Shown here piece after piece: positions 17,801-30,500 of a stretch of DNA of 64,000 bases. Within the stretch, counting starts at the first letter, position 1. Every line of letters starts with the position of its first letter. The stretch is from assembly GCA_038128265.1 (NCBI GenBank), contig JAYPJE010000008.1, positions 20,139 to 84,138 of the forward strand, given 5' to 3'. The position numbers were made by a program, and so were the translations under genes. The notes beneath the pieces are model-generated. The model had not been told where the DNA came from and made no database searches. It saw nothing but the letters and a program-made list of their open reading frames with translations. Source of the DNA: Gemmatimonadota bacterium. Lineage in GTDB: Bacteria; Latescibacterota; UBA2968; UBA8231.

Positions 17801-18936
17801 GCGTCCGCTGCGCCCGACAGCGCACCGTCTTCAACCAAACGGGCAAAGCGCGCTGCGCGCGCCTCTAAGTCAATCCCATAGACGGTACGATTGGCATCGA
17901 TCACCTGCTGCACGACATCGGACGGCAGTTCCGCCGCACCGCACACTGCACCAATCAGGCTACCGGTGATGCTCGCATAGCAGTCGATGTCCGCGTAGCG
18001 CCGCCAGCGGCCCCCGGCGTCGAGGTCGCCCTGGTTGGCCGCGACCTGAAGTGCGCACAGTGGCTCATCGGCATGGGCAAGCAGAGCGCAGAACGCAACG
18101 GCAAGCGCTCGATAGGGATCAAAGACGCCCATGTGGCGCAATTCGAAGGAGAGGTAATCCGCAAGCGCGGCGCCCCGCTTACCGCGCGCCCGCTCCAGCA
18201 GGGGCGGAAGGTGTTCCACGACAAAGGGCGGACCAAAATACCCGCCTAATTGCAGGGGGTCCAGCGCCAGAACGCGCTCGACTAGAGCGCCGGGGGCAAC
18301 GCCGGCTGCCGCCAAACTCTGCGCTGCAGCCAATAGCGCCGTAGCCTCACGCGCGTAGCCCACGTCGAAAAACGCCGCTTCGTATGCGGCGCAATAAGCG
18401 CGCTCCGGCTGGCCGATGGAGAGCAGTCCGGCGAAGGGCATTGCTAGCATGCCAGCAATAGTGGGGTAGTTGAGCCCGACGCTGCGCGTGGCCAGCGCAC
18501 TCGGCGAAACACCCGGATAGAGCGGCGATGGCTGGCCCAAATAACCGCGACTCACGCCCTCCCACATAGCAAACTGCGCGCGCGCCAGCGGCGCGTGGTT
18601 GGGGAAGACGTCGCCCGGTCGTTCGTGTAGGTCGATCAGATGCTGCGCCAGCGCGGCCGCCGTCGGCATGCCTCGCACCTCATGCGCCAGGTCCATAAAG
18701 AGCCAGGCGTAGCGCACATCATCTGTGCCGGTGCCGGCCGGTGCCGGCGAAACCCAGGGCCCGTGCGGACCCACCCGACCGGTAAACGGCTGCAGGCGAT
18801 CGATCCACTCGACGCGCTGCGCACTAAACTCGAACGGCGCACCGAGCGCATCACCCAGCGCCTGAGCCCACACCGCACCTCGCACGCGCTCCGCTCTATT
18901 TGCCGGGAGCACAATGGCATCCTTCTGACGCCCCAC
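17797..18936 (-). CDS. ADP-ribosylglycohydrolase family protein
   Basis: GDALGAPFE, GTDD, ADIDCYASITGSLIGA. Confidence 0.8.
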   Translation of the reverse strand: MGRQKDAIVLPANRAERVRGAVWAQALGDALGAPFEFSAQRVEWIDRLQPFTGRVGPHGPWVSPAPAGTGTDDVRYAWLFMDLAHEVRGMPTAAALAQHLIDLHERPGDVFPNHAPLARAQFAMWEGVSRGYLGQPSPLYPGVSPSALATRSVGLNYPTIAGMLAMPFAGLLSIGQPERAYCAAYEAAFFDVGYAREATALLAAAQSLAAAGVAPGALVERVLALDPLQLGGYFGPPFVVEHLPPLLERARGKRGAALADYLSFELRHMGVFDPYRALAVAFCALLAHADEPLCALQVAANQGDLDAGGRWRRYADIDCYASITGSLIGAVCGAAELPSDVVQQVIDANRTVYGIDLEARAARFARLVEDGALSGAADA

Positions 18937-18943
18937 GCACCCC

Positions 18944-20551
18944 CTACAGCACGGAAAAATCGGCGAAGACGACGTAGATCAGCACCACGACGACCAATAG
19001 CGCGATGCTAGTCGTGCGCACGTGCTCCCAGGGCGTCAGATCGACATCGCCCGAGTAGTGCTGTTCCCACGCTTCGGCACGCGGCTGCACGGCGCCAATG
19101 ATCAGCATGAGTGCGATCAGCGCAGCAAAGACGGCCCCCAAGAAGTGAAACTCGTGCATGCGATCAACCACGGCAGCTAACGACGGCACAAAGTAACCCA
19201 ACGCAATGCTGGCAAAGCCGGCGACGAGTGCCACCTTGGCGGCGATGGCCGGAACGCGACGAAAGAGCATGCCGACGAGCACGACGGAGAAAATCGGAAT
19301 AAAGTAGAGGCCGTTCATCTTCTGCAGATAGCCAAAAATACTCGCTTGACCTATGAGAAGCGGCGCCATGCTCATGGAGACGAGCGCTATGATCCAGCCA
19401 AATATTTTGCCGGATTTCACCACCTGTTCTTCGCTGGCATCGCGATTGATCATCGTCTTGTAAATGCCGAGACTAAACAGCGTCGTCGTGCTGTTGAGCG
19501 CCGAGTTGTACGAGCTCAAAATGGCGCCGACCATAATGGCTGCGAAAAACCCAGTCAGCGGCCCGGGCAGCACGTCGCGCACCAACTGGCCGTAGGCCAT
19601 ATCCGCCTTAATCGAACTATCGCCGCTGTAGAGATAGAATGCCATCATACCGGGCAAGACCAAGTAGAGCGGACCGAGCAGCTTGAGCGCGCCGCACAGC
19701 AACACGCCCTTCTGCCCCTCGCGCAGATTGCGCGCGCCAAAAGTGCGCTGGATGATTTGCTGATTGGTGGTCCAATAGAACATGCCCAGCAGCGTCACGC
19801 CGGTAAATAGCGTGGAAAAGGGCACGGATTGATCCGCAGACCCTATCGAGTTAAAGCGCTCGGGATGGGCCGCCTGCAGCGTGGCCAAACCGGCCAGTAT
19901 CCCCTCGCCGCCGCTAACCGCCTGCAATCCGAAATAGGCGATTAGAAAGCCGCCTGTCAGCAGGCCAATGCCGTTGAGCGTGTCCGAGACGGCCACTGTG
20001 CGCAGGCCGCCAAAGATGGCATACGTCGTGCCGATAAGACCGACCAGCCACACGGTGAACGTAATGATGCTCTGCTCGGATTGGATGCCGGTCAACGCCG
20101 CCATATCGAGCATGCCGTTGAGACCGCGCGCCCCGGTGTAAAGAACGATCGGCAGCAAAATGGCAGCGTATGCGACGAGAAAGATAAACGTAGTGATGGT
20201 GCGCGTGCCCGCATCAAAGCGCTCTTCGAGAAACTGCGGAACCGTGGCGATACCGCTCTTGAGAAAGCGCGGCAGGAAAAATAGGGCCGAGGCGACGAGG
20301 GCGACTACAGCCAGCACTTCCCACGCCATAACGCTGAAGCCATCGTTAAACGCGGCGCCGTTTAGACCCACCATCTGTTCGGTAGACAGATTGGTCAGCA
20401 GCAGCGAGCCGGCAATAATGGGGCCGGTTAGGCGACGTCCCGCCAAAAAATAGCCGTCTGAGCTGGCGTGGTCGTCACTGCGCGTGAGCGCATACGTCAC
20501 GACGGCGATCAGTCCAGTGAACAGAACAAATGAAATCAATACCATGCGCAT
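18944..20551 (-). CDS. Solute:sodium symporter (SSS, YidK-like sugar transporter)
   Basis: [45 protein letters not shown]; many TM helices. Confidence 0.92.
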   Translation of the reverse strand: MRMVLISFVLFTGLIAVVTYALTRSDDHASSDGYFLAGRRLTGPIIAGSLLLTNLSTEQMVGLNGAAFNDGFSVMAWEVLAVVALVASALFFLPRFLKSGIATVPQFLEERFDAGTRTITTFIFLVAYAAILLPIVLYTGARGLNGMLDMAALTGIQSEQSIITFTVWLVGLIGTTYAIFGGLRTVAVSDTLNGIGLLTGGFLIAYFGLQAVSGGEGILAGLATLQAAHPERFNSIGSADQSVPFSTLFTGVTLLGMFYWTTNQQIIQRTFGARNLREGQKGVLLCGALKLLGPLYLVLPGMMAFYLYSGDSSIKADMAYGQLVRDVLPGPLTGFFAAIMVGAILSSYNSALNSTTTLFSLGIYKTMINRDASEEQVVKSGKIFGWIIALVSMSMAPLLIGQASIFGYLQKMNGLYFIPIFSVVLVGMLFRRVPAIAAKVALVAGFASIALGYFVPSLAAVVDRMHEFHFLGAVFAALIALMLIIGAVQPRAEAWEQHYSGDVDLTPWEHVRTTSIALLVVVVLIYVVFADFSVL

Positions 20552-20579
20552 CTACTCCTGGCGTTTGAATAGCGTGTAC

Positions 20580-20618
20580 GAGCGCTCAAAGTATACAAAG
20601 CAATATGCGTATTGTGAA
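20580..20618 (-). promoter_or_regulatory. sigma70 promoter of the SSS-ARH operon with a LacI-like palindrome core
   Basis: Minus strand TTCACA-N17-TATACT (20618-20590); GAGCGCTC palindrome at 20580-20587, near the predicted +1. Confidence 0.55.
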
Positions 20619-20652
20619 CGGTTTTTATGCGCACCGGGAGCGCCTTCGGGAC

Positions 20653-21021
20653 CTACTCGTAGCCGTGTTGGCGCACGGCTTCTTCGTCGAGCCCCATGAA
20701 GTGCGCAATTTCGTGGACGAGCGTTATCTCTATTTCCTCGACCAGTTGGTCCACGTCGGGAAAGTCTTCGAGCAGAGGGCCCTGGTAAATTTCTATCACG
20801 GGGGGCAGGTCACCGCTATCCTCCACGCGCTGTTCGGGCAGCGGTGTGCCGCTGAAAAGGCCGTAGATTAATTCACTTCGGTCACCGGTGATTTCCTCAA
20901 CGACATCCGGATCGGGCCAGTCTTCTACCAGCACGGCCACGTTGTGCATCGCCAGGCGAAACGGTGCCGGGATACGCTCCAGTGCCCTCTCGACGAGTCG
21001 CTCAAATTCGCTCCGATGCAC
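20653..21021 (-). CDS. Minimal zincin-like metallopeptidase (Zincin_1 / DUF1025-like)
   Basis: LIYGLFSG, IEIYQGP, TLVHEIAHFMG. Confidence 0.88.
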   Translation of the reverse strand: MHRSEFERLVERALERIPAPFRLAMHNVAVLVEDWPDPDVVEEITGDRSELIYGLFSGTPLPEQRVEDSGDLPPVIEIYQGPLLEDFPDVDQLVEEIEITLVHEIAHFMGLDEEAVRQHGYE

Positions 21022-21024
21022 GCG

Positions 21025-22167
21025 CTACCAATCGGCGACGCTGCCGTCGCTCTCGTAGTAGTGTTCGCCACCCAGCTCCTCCTGATATTCGGCCTGCTGG
21101 GCCACTTCGCGCTCGTCTATCTCAAAACCCAACCCAGGCCTGTCTGGCACGACGATGTGCCCCTCTTCTACTTCCCAAGCCGAACTGAGCACGTCAAAGA
21201 GATGCGTCGGCCCGATCTGCTCTTGAATGAGAAAATTGGGCACGACCATATCCACGTGCATACAGGCAGCCAGCGCTACCGGACCAATCGCACAGTGCGG
21301 CATAATGTGCACGTAGTACGTCTCGGCCATATTGGCGATGCGCTTTAGCTCGCTGATACCGCCCGCGTGCGAACCGTCGGGCTGGATATACGATACGGCG
21401 CCCTTTTCCAACACGTCGCGAAACTCCCAGCGCGAAAGCAGCCGCTCGCCGGTAGCAATGGGAAAGGTCACTTTGTCGGATACCAGCTTCAGCGCGTCGA
21501 CGTTTTCCTGCGGCACCGGTTCTTCGACAAACATTGGCCGCATCCCCTTGAGCTCTTGGCAGACCTCGACGGCCAGACCAGGCGTCATCTTGCCGTGAAA
21601 ATCAAAGCACAGCTCGACGTCGTCGCCGACCCATTCGCGCATCAGATACGCGCGCTGTACAAATTCATCGATGCGCGCGGGCGGCTCATGGGCGCGCCAC
21701 GTGCCGCCCGGACCGGTCTTAAAAGCCGTATAGCCGTATTTGAGCAATTCTTCTAAGCGATCGCGCGATGCCTGTAGCGCTTCATCGCTGTCGCCGCGAA
21801 TACCCCAATGCGCATAGACGCGCACGCGGTCGCGCACCGCACCACCACCCAACAGCTTGTAGACGGGCACGCCATAGTGCTTGCCGGCGATATCCCAAAG
21901 CGCCTGGTCGATGCCGGACAGCGCCGACATGACAACGCTGCCGCCGCGAAAAAACGACGAGCGGTAAATGTGCTGCCAGTGGTGCTCAATGCGCAGCGGG
22001 TCCTTGCCAACCAAATAGTCGGCCATTTCGTCAACGGCGGCGCAGGTGCTGCGCGGACGTCCTTCCAGCGTTGACTCGCCCCAGCCGACGACGCCCGTAT
22101 CCGTTGTAATCTTGACTAAGCGCATGCGGTTGCGCGGAAAAAACTGCTCGATCTTAGCTATCTTCAC
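21025..22167 (-). CDS. dgoD: Galactonate dehydratase-like enolase-superfamily enzyme
   Basis: GWGESTLEG, SGIDQALWDI, DFHGK, FVEEP, ATGER, PHCAIGP. Confidence 0.82.
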   Translation of the reverse strand: MKIAKIEQFFPRNRMRLVKITTDTGVVGWGESTLEGRPRSTCAAVDEMADYLVGKDPLRIEHHWQHIYRSSFFRGGSVVMSALSGIDQALWDIAGKHYGVPVYKLLGGGAVRDRVRVYAHWGIRGDSDEALQASRDRLEELLKYGYTAFKTGPGGTWRAHEPPARIDEFVQRAYLMREWVGDDVELCFDFHGKMTPGLAVEVCQELKGMRPMFVEEPVPQENVDALKLVSDKVTFPIATGERLLSRWEFRDVLEKGAVSYIQPDGSHAGGISELKRIANMAETYYVHIMPHCAIGPVALAACMHVDMVVPNFLIQEQIGPTHLFDVLSSAWEVEEGHIVVPDRPGLGFEIDEREVAQQAEYQEELGGEHYYESDGSVADW

Positions 22168-22203
22168 CAGACATTCTCCCGTTGCTGTATTATGCCATTG
22201 GAA

Positions 22204-23913
<1,710 letters not shown>

Positions 23914-24021
23914 AGCACTGCCTCTCATTTTTAGATCCGGTCGTCACTGCAGCCCCGTCGACCGCGCCGCAGCGCCGCATATAGTACGCTTCCCACTCGA
24001 CGCCATCAAGCGGGCCTTCTC

Positions 24022-24050
24022 TTGCCGGACCGCACCGACTCCATTATACT
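24022..24050 (+). promoter_or_regulatory. Putative sigma70 promoter
   Basis: TTGCCG-N17-TATACT. Confidence 0.6.
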
Positions 24051-24089
24051 AGTCCATCCCATTCCTCTCCTTGCAACTCATTATACGAC

Positions 24090-24941
24090 ATGGACTTCAA
24101 AACAATTGGTGTGCTCGGATCCGGCGCGATGGGCAGCGGTATTGCCCAGCTACTTCTACAGCGCGGCTATGCCGTCCGGCTGTGCGACGTCGATGCGCAG
24201 GTGCTCGAGCGCGGCGCTACAACTATCCGACGACGACTCGACGGGCAGGTGCGCCAGAGCGCGCTATCGGCTTCCCAACGCGATGCCGCCGATAGCGCCC
24301 TGCAAACAACCACCCAGTTGGAAGTGGCCTGCGCGGTCGATTTAGTTATCGAGGCCGTGCCCGAACGCCTCGAGGCGAAAAGGGCCGCATTTACCCAGCT
24401 CGACCAGGCCGCTCCCCCGACTACCGTTTTGGCCAGCAATACCTCGGGACTCGACATCGATCAGCTCGCCGCTGCGACCCAGCGCGCCGACCGCGTTATC
24501 GGCCTGCATTTTTTCAACCCACCTCCGCGCATGCCGCTGGTGGAAATTGCGCGCGGGCGCTCCACGAGCGACGCGACCTTCGACGCCGTATATGCACTCG
24601 CTCAGCGCCTGGACAAGACACCCATCGCCGTGGCCAATTCGCCGGGGTTTGCCGTCAACCGCATTCTCTTTCCCATGGTTAACGAGGCGATCTACGCGCT
24701 GGCAGAGGGCGTGGCCAGCGCCGAGGACATCGATCGCGCCATGCAGCTGGGTGCCAGCCATCCGCTGGGGCCGCTCGCCCTAGCTGATTTTGTCGGATTG
24801 GACGTGACGCTGGACATTCTAGACTCCTTTGAACGCACATTCGGCAACCCCAAGTATAGAGCGTGCCCTCTGCTGCGCGAAAAAGTGGCGCGCGGAGAGT
24901 TGGGTCGCAAAACGGGCCGTGGCTTTTTCTCCTATTCCTAA
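24090..24941 (+). CDS. 3-hydroxyacyl-CoA (3-hydroxybutyryl-CoA) dehydrogenase
   Basis: GSGAMGSGIA, IEAVPE, ASNTS, GLHFFNP, GRKTGRGF. Confidence 0.92.
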   Translation: MDFKTIGVLGSGAMGSGIAQLLLQRGYAVRLCDVDAQVLERGATTIRRRLDGQVRQSALSASQRDAADSALQTTTQLEVACAVDLVIEAVPERLEAKRAAFTQLDQAAPPTTVLASNTSGLDIDQLAAATQRADRVIGLHFFNPPPRMPLVEIARGRSTSDATFDAVYALAQRLDKTPIAVANSPGFAVNRILFPMVNEAIYALAEGVASAEDIDRAMQLGASHPLGPLALADFVGLDVTLDILDSFERTFGNPKYRACPLLREKVARGELGRKTGRGFFSYS

Positions 24942-25461
24942 CCGTCGATATGCGCGTTCTGTAATCCTATGCGCCATAAGCCTGATGCTCTTTCAGGCCT
25001 GCGCATCCGTGCGTCCAGCGCCGCGCTATACCCATGCGAGTTCCCCTTCTATAGTGCGCGAATTGGAAGCGCGCCAGCGCGGCGGCAACCAGCGCCTGCG
25101 CCAAGTAGTGGATAGCTATCTCGGCGTGCCGTATAAATGGGGTGGCACGACGCGCAGCGGCATGGACTGTTCGGCCTTTACGCGCGCGGCATACCGCGAA
25201 ACCTACGGTATTGAACTGCCCCGCACCTCCAAACAGATGTATCAGCTCGGCCGATTTATATCCCGCCGTCAGGATTTGGACTCCGGCGATCTGGTCTTTT
25301 TTAAAGACACCTATTCGGGCGCTGGCATATCGCACGTCGGCGTCTACCTGGGCGACGGTCAATTTGCGCACGCCAGCTCGAGCCGGGGAGTGACCATCAC
25401 GCCGCTCAGCAATCCCTATTTCACCAAGCGCTACGCCGGCGGACGCCGCATTGAGCGCTGA
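24919..25461 (+). CDS. NlpC/P60 peptidoglycan endopeptidase lipoprotein (start uncertain)
   Basis: Lipobox-like FQAC; YLGVPYKWGG, GMDCSAF, SHVGVY, FAHASS (Cys-His-His). Confidence 0.88.
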   Translation: MAFSPIPNRRYARSVILCAISLMLFQACASVRPAPRYTHASSPSIVRELEARQRGGNQRLRQVVDSYLGVPYKWGGTTRSGMDCSAFTRAAYRETYGIELPRTSKQMYQLGRFISRRQDLDSGDLVFFKDTYSGAGISHVGVYLGDGQFAHASSSRGVTITPLSNPYFTKRYAGGRRIER

Positions 25462-26806
25462 GCGACTGCGTCCCGTGGTCCCGTGGCTGCTGGCCGCCGG
25501 GATCGAAGCGGCGCTGCTCTACATCGTCTCCCTAGGCGATTTGCGCCAGAGCGTGCAGCCGTTTTGGGCCGGCGCCTTCGGCGCGTTTGCGCTCTATGCG
25601 TGTGCCGCGCTGTGGACGCTGCGCACACCCCATGGCTCGACGCGGGCCATACTGATCTGCGCGCTGCTGTTCCGCCTGACCATGTGCTACAGCCCCGCTA
25701 GCCTATCCGACGATATCTATCGCTATGTGTGGGACGGACGCGTGCAGCTGGCCGGTACCAACCCCTACCGCTACGCGCCGGACGCAGACGAACTGGCGCC
25801 GCTACGCGACGCGCTGCACGCCCAAATCAACCATCCGCATATACCGACGATTTACCCCCCGCTAGCACAGCTCTTCTTTACTCTTGTGGCTTCGGTGTAC
25901 GAAAGTCCCGGCGCCATAAAGCTCGCTCTTACCGCCTTTGATATGGGCCTCTGCCTGCTGCTAGCGCGCCTGCTGGCGACGCGCACTATAGATCCGCGCC
26001 GCGTCCTGCTCTATGCCTGGCATCCGCTGCCGCTGGTAGAAATTGCCGGCAGCGGCCACGTCGATGTACTCGGCACATTCTTTGTCATGGCTGCGCTCTA
26101 CGCACTCACCACGGCGCGCACAACGCTCGCCAGTGTGACGCTGGCCGCAGCGGCGCTGGCCAAGCTGGTGCCCATTATACTCTTGCCCATTTTTTGGCTG
26201 CACACGGGTCCTGATAAAACCCATCGGCTGCGCAACCTGTGGACGCTGCGCGGTCGCGCGCCCCTATGGGCGTTTCCCATCTGCATACTCGCCGGCTTTG
26301 CTCCGTATGCCGAACTAGGCACCGAACTTTTCGCCGGCTTAGCTACCTATCTGAGCCACTGGCATTTTAACGATTTTGCCTATTCGGCTATCCGCAGCGC
26401 CTTGGCACCCATCGATCCGGCAGCCGCCGTACACGCCCGCTGGCTGTGCTCCCTGCTGCTGGTCATTGCCCTCGTACAGACTCTGCGCCAGACAGCCGAT
26501 CCGCTGCGTGCAGCCTATTGGTCCCTCGGCGCCTACGCGCTGCTGTCGCCCACCATGCACCCCTGGTATCTGCTATGGGTTCTACCCTTTATGCCCCTTT
26601 TCCCGAGCGCCGCCTGGACGCTCCTGGCAGGTCTTGTATTGCTCGCCTACGAAGTGCTCATCGACTACGGGCTAAGTGGAATTTGGGTTGAGAAATCGTG
26701 GGTGCGATGGGCCCAGTACGGGCCTTTTTACAGCGTGCTCGCCTTTGATCTCTTTGTCCGTCGGCGCAATCGCAGTCACTGCGCGCAGCCCACGGCCTCA
26801 ATTTGA
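25451..26806 (+). CDS. GT-C fold membrane glycosyltransferase (GT87/DUF2029-like)
   Basis: LSDDIYRYVWDGRV, TIYPP, YAWHPL, SGHVD, HPWY; multi-TM. Confidence 0.8.
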   Translation: MSAERLRPVVPWLLAAGIEAALLYIVSLGDLRQSVQPFWAGAFGAFALYACAALWTLRTPHGSTRAILICALLFRLTMCYSPASLSDDIYRYVWDGRVQLAGTNPYRYAPDADELAPLRDALHAQINHPHIPTIYPPLAQLFFTLVASVYESPGAIKLALTAFDMGLCLLLARLLATRTIDPRRVLLYAWHPLPLVEIAGSGHVDVLGTFFVMAALYALTTARTTLASVTLAAAALAKLVPIILLPIFWLHTGPDKTHRLRNLWTLRGRAPLWAFPICILAGFAPYAELGTELFAGLATYLSHWHFNDFAYSAIRSALAPIDPAAAVHARWLCSLLLVIALVQTLRQTADPLRAAYWSLGAYALLSPTMHPWYLLWVLPFMPLFPSAAWTLLAGLVLLAYEVLIDYGLSGIWVEKSWVRWAQYGPFYSVLAFDLFVRRRNRSHCAQPTASI

Positions 26807-26973
26807 CACTCGATATGCTAACATCCCAAGGGCATACTGGTTTTTTGGGAATAAATGTGCCCCTGTATATGTCCAAAACACAGAACTAATTTTTCCGTGC
26901 CGCATCGACCGATGTGATATTGGCCCACTTACTGCGTATATTCATCTCTCGACCTATTTACTACGGAAAGACC

Positions 26974-27582
26974 ATGGCGAACTACCACAGCGTACTTGCA
27001 CTTTTAGCAGCGGCTGTTCTTCTCTCGGGCTGTCTAGAATTAGTGCGACGCCCCGGCGTGGGCGAGCGCGAACGCACTGTGCCCCGTGCAGCAGCTCCAA
27101 CTGTGCGTGAAGAGATCACCGTGGAAGGGAACCCCGCACCCGACGCAGCGGTTGAAAAAGAGCGCGCCGTAGCACCCACAGCCCATGCCGAGCGCAGCGG
27201 TGGACAGCGCCGCAGCGTTAAGCGGGTCAACGAGTACGCGCTCTGGTGCATTGAAAACGATATGTGGAACGAGGCGCGCTCGCATATGGAACGCGCGCTA
27301 AGCGAGGACAGCCTGTCGGCCAGCCTGCACAACAATCTGGGCATTGTATACGAGCGCCTCGGACAAACCGACAGAGCGAGTGCATTTTACCAGCGCGCTC
27401 TGCTTCTCAACCCAGGCGAGGAAGCCTATCAGATGAATTTGCAGGAGCTGCGAGAGCGCCAACAGGCGCTGGCAGATACGTCAGCGGAGTTTGACCTATT
27501 CCGACCAAGCGAGCGCGACGGACGCCGCGGGCGACCCAGCGGCGAGGGGGACGATATGCCCCCCACTTTTATAGGAGGGTGA
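26974..27582 (+). CDS. TPR-containing lipoprotein
   Basis: Lipobox LLSGC; TPR LHNNLGIVYERLGQTDRASAFYQRALLLNP. Confidence 0.85.
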   Translation: MANYHSVLALLAAAVLLSGCLELVRRPGVGERERTVPRAAAPTVREEITVEGNPAPDAAVEKERAVAPTAHAERSGGQRRSVKRVNEYALWCIENDMWNEARSHMERALSEDSLSASLHNNLGIVYERLGQTDRASAFYQRALLLNPGEEAYQMNLQELRERQQALADTSAEFDLFRPSERDGRRGRPSGEGDDMPPTFIGG

Positions 27583-27586
27583 GCAG

Positions 27587-30500
27587 GTGCAGCAAGACCT
27601 TACAAAAGGGCGCTTTCACCGTTTTTGGCTGCTTATTGCTGCGCTGCTGATCGCCTCGGGCGTGCGCGATGTGTGCGCCCAAGACATTTTGACCATGCAG
27701 CTCCAGCAGGGCTTTGGAAAAAACAAAGTCCGCTACAAAGACTTCCAATGGGAGATTCTCGAGAGCGAACATCTCGAGCTGCACTTTGAAGCCGAGTTTC
27801 ACGAACTGGCCGTGCGCGCCGTCGACTACTTAGAAGAGGCGTACGACCACATCAGCGCCATCATGCACCACGAGCTCTCGCACCGCCCACCCATTGTTAT
27901 CTATCAGTCCCAGTACGAATTTCAGCAGACCAATATCATACACGAGTTTCTGCCGCCCGGCGTGGCCGGCTTTGCCGAGCCGCTGCGCTACCGCATGGTC
28001 ATTCCCTTTGACGGCGATCTCGACGAATTCCGCAACGTTCTGGTGCATGAACTAGCGCATATTTTCCAGTACGACATCATCTACAAGGGACCGATCAAGC
28101 GCATCACCAACCCGCTGTCGTCTCCACCGACGTGGATTATGGAAGGACTGGCTGAATACACGACGCCCGGACGCAATACCATAGACGAAATGGTGCTGCG
28201 CGACGCCGTATTGACCGATGGCCTGATTCCCATAGAAGCGATGGATGCGGCCTGGGGTACGGGCAACGTGTTCTTAGCCTACAAACAGAGCCACTCCATA
28301 ATGGAGTATATCGCCGCCAATTACGGCCCGGAAAAAGTGAGCCGTATTTTGCGCCTGTGGGACAGCCAGAAGGACACCGACAAACTGCTCGAGCGCCTGA
28401 TCGATATGGATATGCAGGAGTTGGACGAGCGCTGGTCGGCGCATATGCGCAAGCATTACTGGCCGCTGTTACAAACGCGCGATTACGCCTCCGAAATTGC
28501 CGATAAGATCGCCGGAGAAGACGACGACGCGTATCAAATGTTTGCCAGCCCACGCTGGTCGCTCAGCGGCGATATGCTCGCCGTGCTCTCCTCTGACGGC
28601 ATCGAAGAGCACGTCGACATCATACGCCTTGAGGATGCCTCCCTCGTCGAGCGCATTACGCGCAGCATGCGCGCATCGCGCTTTGACCACCTAACAGCCG
28701 GAGGCGGCACGGTCGCCTGGGCGCCCGATGGCCACACCATTGCCTTCGTCGCTAAAGACGGCGCGCGCGACCGCATTCTGCTGTGGGACCTCTACGACAA
28801 AGACATCGTTAAAACGCTCCGCGTCGCCAATATAGAGACCATTGAATCGCTCAACTGGGCGCCCGACAGCCGCCGCCTCGCCCTAATCGGAACCGGCTAC
28901 GGTCAGAGCGATCTGTACGTGCTCGACGTCTACGATGAAACGCTCCAACAGCTTACGGGCTCGCCCCAGCGCGAAGACCACCCGGTCTTTTCCCCCGACG
29001 GCAGCAAGATTGCCTATAGCAGCAAGTACAACAATCAATTCGATATTAAGATTTACGATATGGAGACAGGTGAAGCGCACACGGCTATTGCCAGTCCAAC
29101 CGACGACCTGTGGCCGCAGTGGCTTCCCGAAGGCAACAAACTCCTCTTTGTGTCAACGCGCGATACGATAAATGACCTCTTCGTATACCATCTCGACGAG
29201 GGCCGCGAATACAGACTCACGCGAACGCTCAGCGGCATCTCCAACCCAGCGCTGTCACCCGACGGACGCCAGGTCGTTTTCAGCACCTATTTTAAGGGCC
29301 GTAGCGAACTCTACCTGATGGACATGCCCGACATGCCGTCCATCAAGCGCAGGGATGCCGAACTGCTGGCGCGCCTGGGCCAAAGCGAAGCGACCGCTTC
29401 CGACTCGGCACGAACCGACAGCGGCTCGGCGGTTAGCGCACTCGACTTGCCTGCCGATACCAGCGCCGCACAGCCCTTGATCCGTCCGGTCGCCCCCCTA
29501 ACCGATCAAGGGGGGCGTCCGGATCTGCGCAGTGCAGCGCCGCTGGTAGATAGCCGCATCTCCAGCGCCGTGCTGCTGGCCAACACGTCGAGCGACAGTG
29601 CCCCCGAGGCACCGCCCGCCCCACAGACCCAGGTTCCAGCTCCGACGCTGCCAGATGGCGACGGCGCGGACGACGAGCCTCTTGGCGACGACGGCGTGGA
29701 GCGCAGACTCTACACCCCCAAACTGGAATTCGACGGCATTTCCGTGCAAATGGGCTATTTCGACGGATTCTTTTCCTCTATCGCCCAGTTGAGCATGAGC
29801 GACCTGCTCGGCAATCACGCCCTATCGCTGGCGACCGACTACGTAGCATCGCAGGAGGTCAACAACGACTTTAACTTCGCCGTTAGTTATGAGTACTACG
29901 GCAAGCGGCCCACCTATCGCGCATCGATCTTCAACTGGAACCAGTACTACAACAACAGCAGGACGTTTATCTACCGGGGCCTGTTAGTTTCAGGCATCAG
30001 TAAAATACAGCAGCGCGGCATGCTGGCCGATGCGAGCTATCCCCTCGACCTCTATCGCCGCTTAGAGCTCAGCTATACGTACGTGGGAGAACAGGAGGTG
30101 TTGGTGTGGCCGATAGAAGAAATTGGCGCCAGCACCAGCACACACCTATTTAAATCGGCCTTTGTGCACGACTCCATTAACTACGGCCTACTCGGCCCGA
30201 CGGCGGGTAAGCGCTATTTTCTCTCCGTCGGACGCACGCTCGACGTCGGCGGCTCGACGCGCTCTTTTTCCCATCTCGAACTCGACTACCGAACCTACCT
30301 GCGTCTGGGGCGCTGGTCGGTCTTGGGCCTACGCGCTTACGGCGTTGGCTCGCTGGGCAGCGACGCGCTGTCCTACAACCTCGGCGGTCCAACCTGGTTT
30401 CTCCCCTTCTATACCGGATTCAACCTCAATACCGGCCCGCTGCGCGGCTACGACTTCTCTGAGTTTTCCGGCAGCCGCGTCGCCTTGGCCAACGTCGAAC

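Noticed and set aside
26878..26935. ACACAGAACTAA 12-mer shared with 40410-40421, plus a GG-N10-GC at 26922-26935
   Set aside because: A single 12-mer match is expected by chance in 64 kb, the orientations differ relative to the promoters, and the sigma54 match is weak
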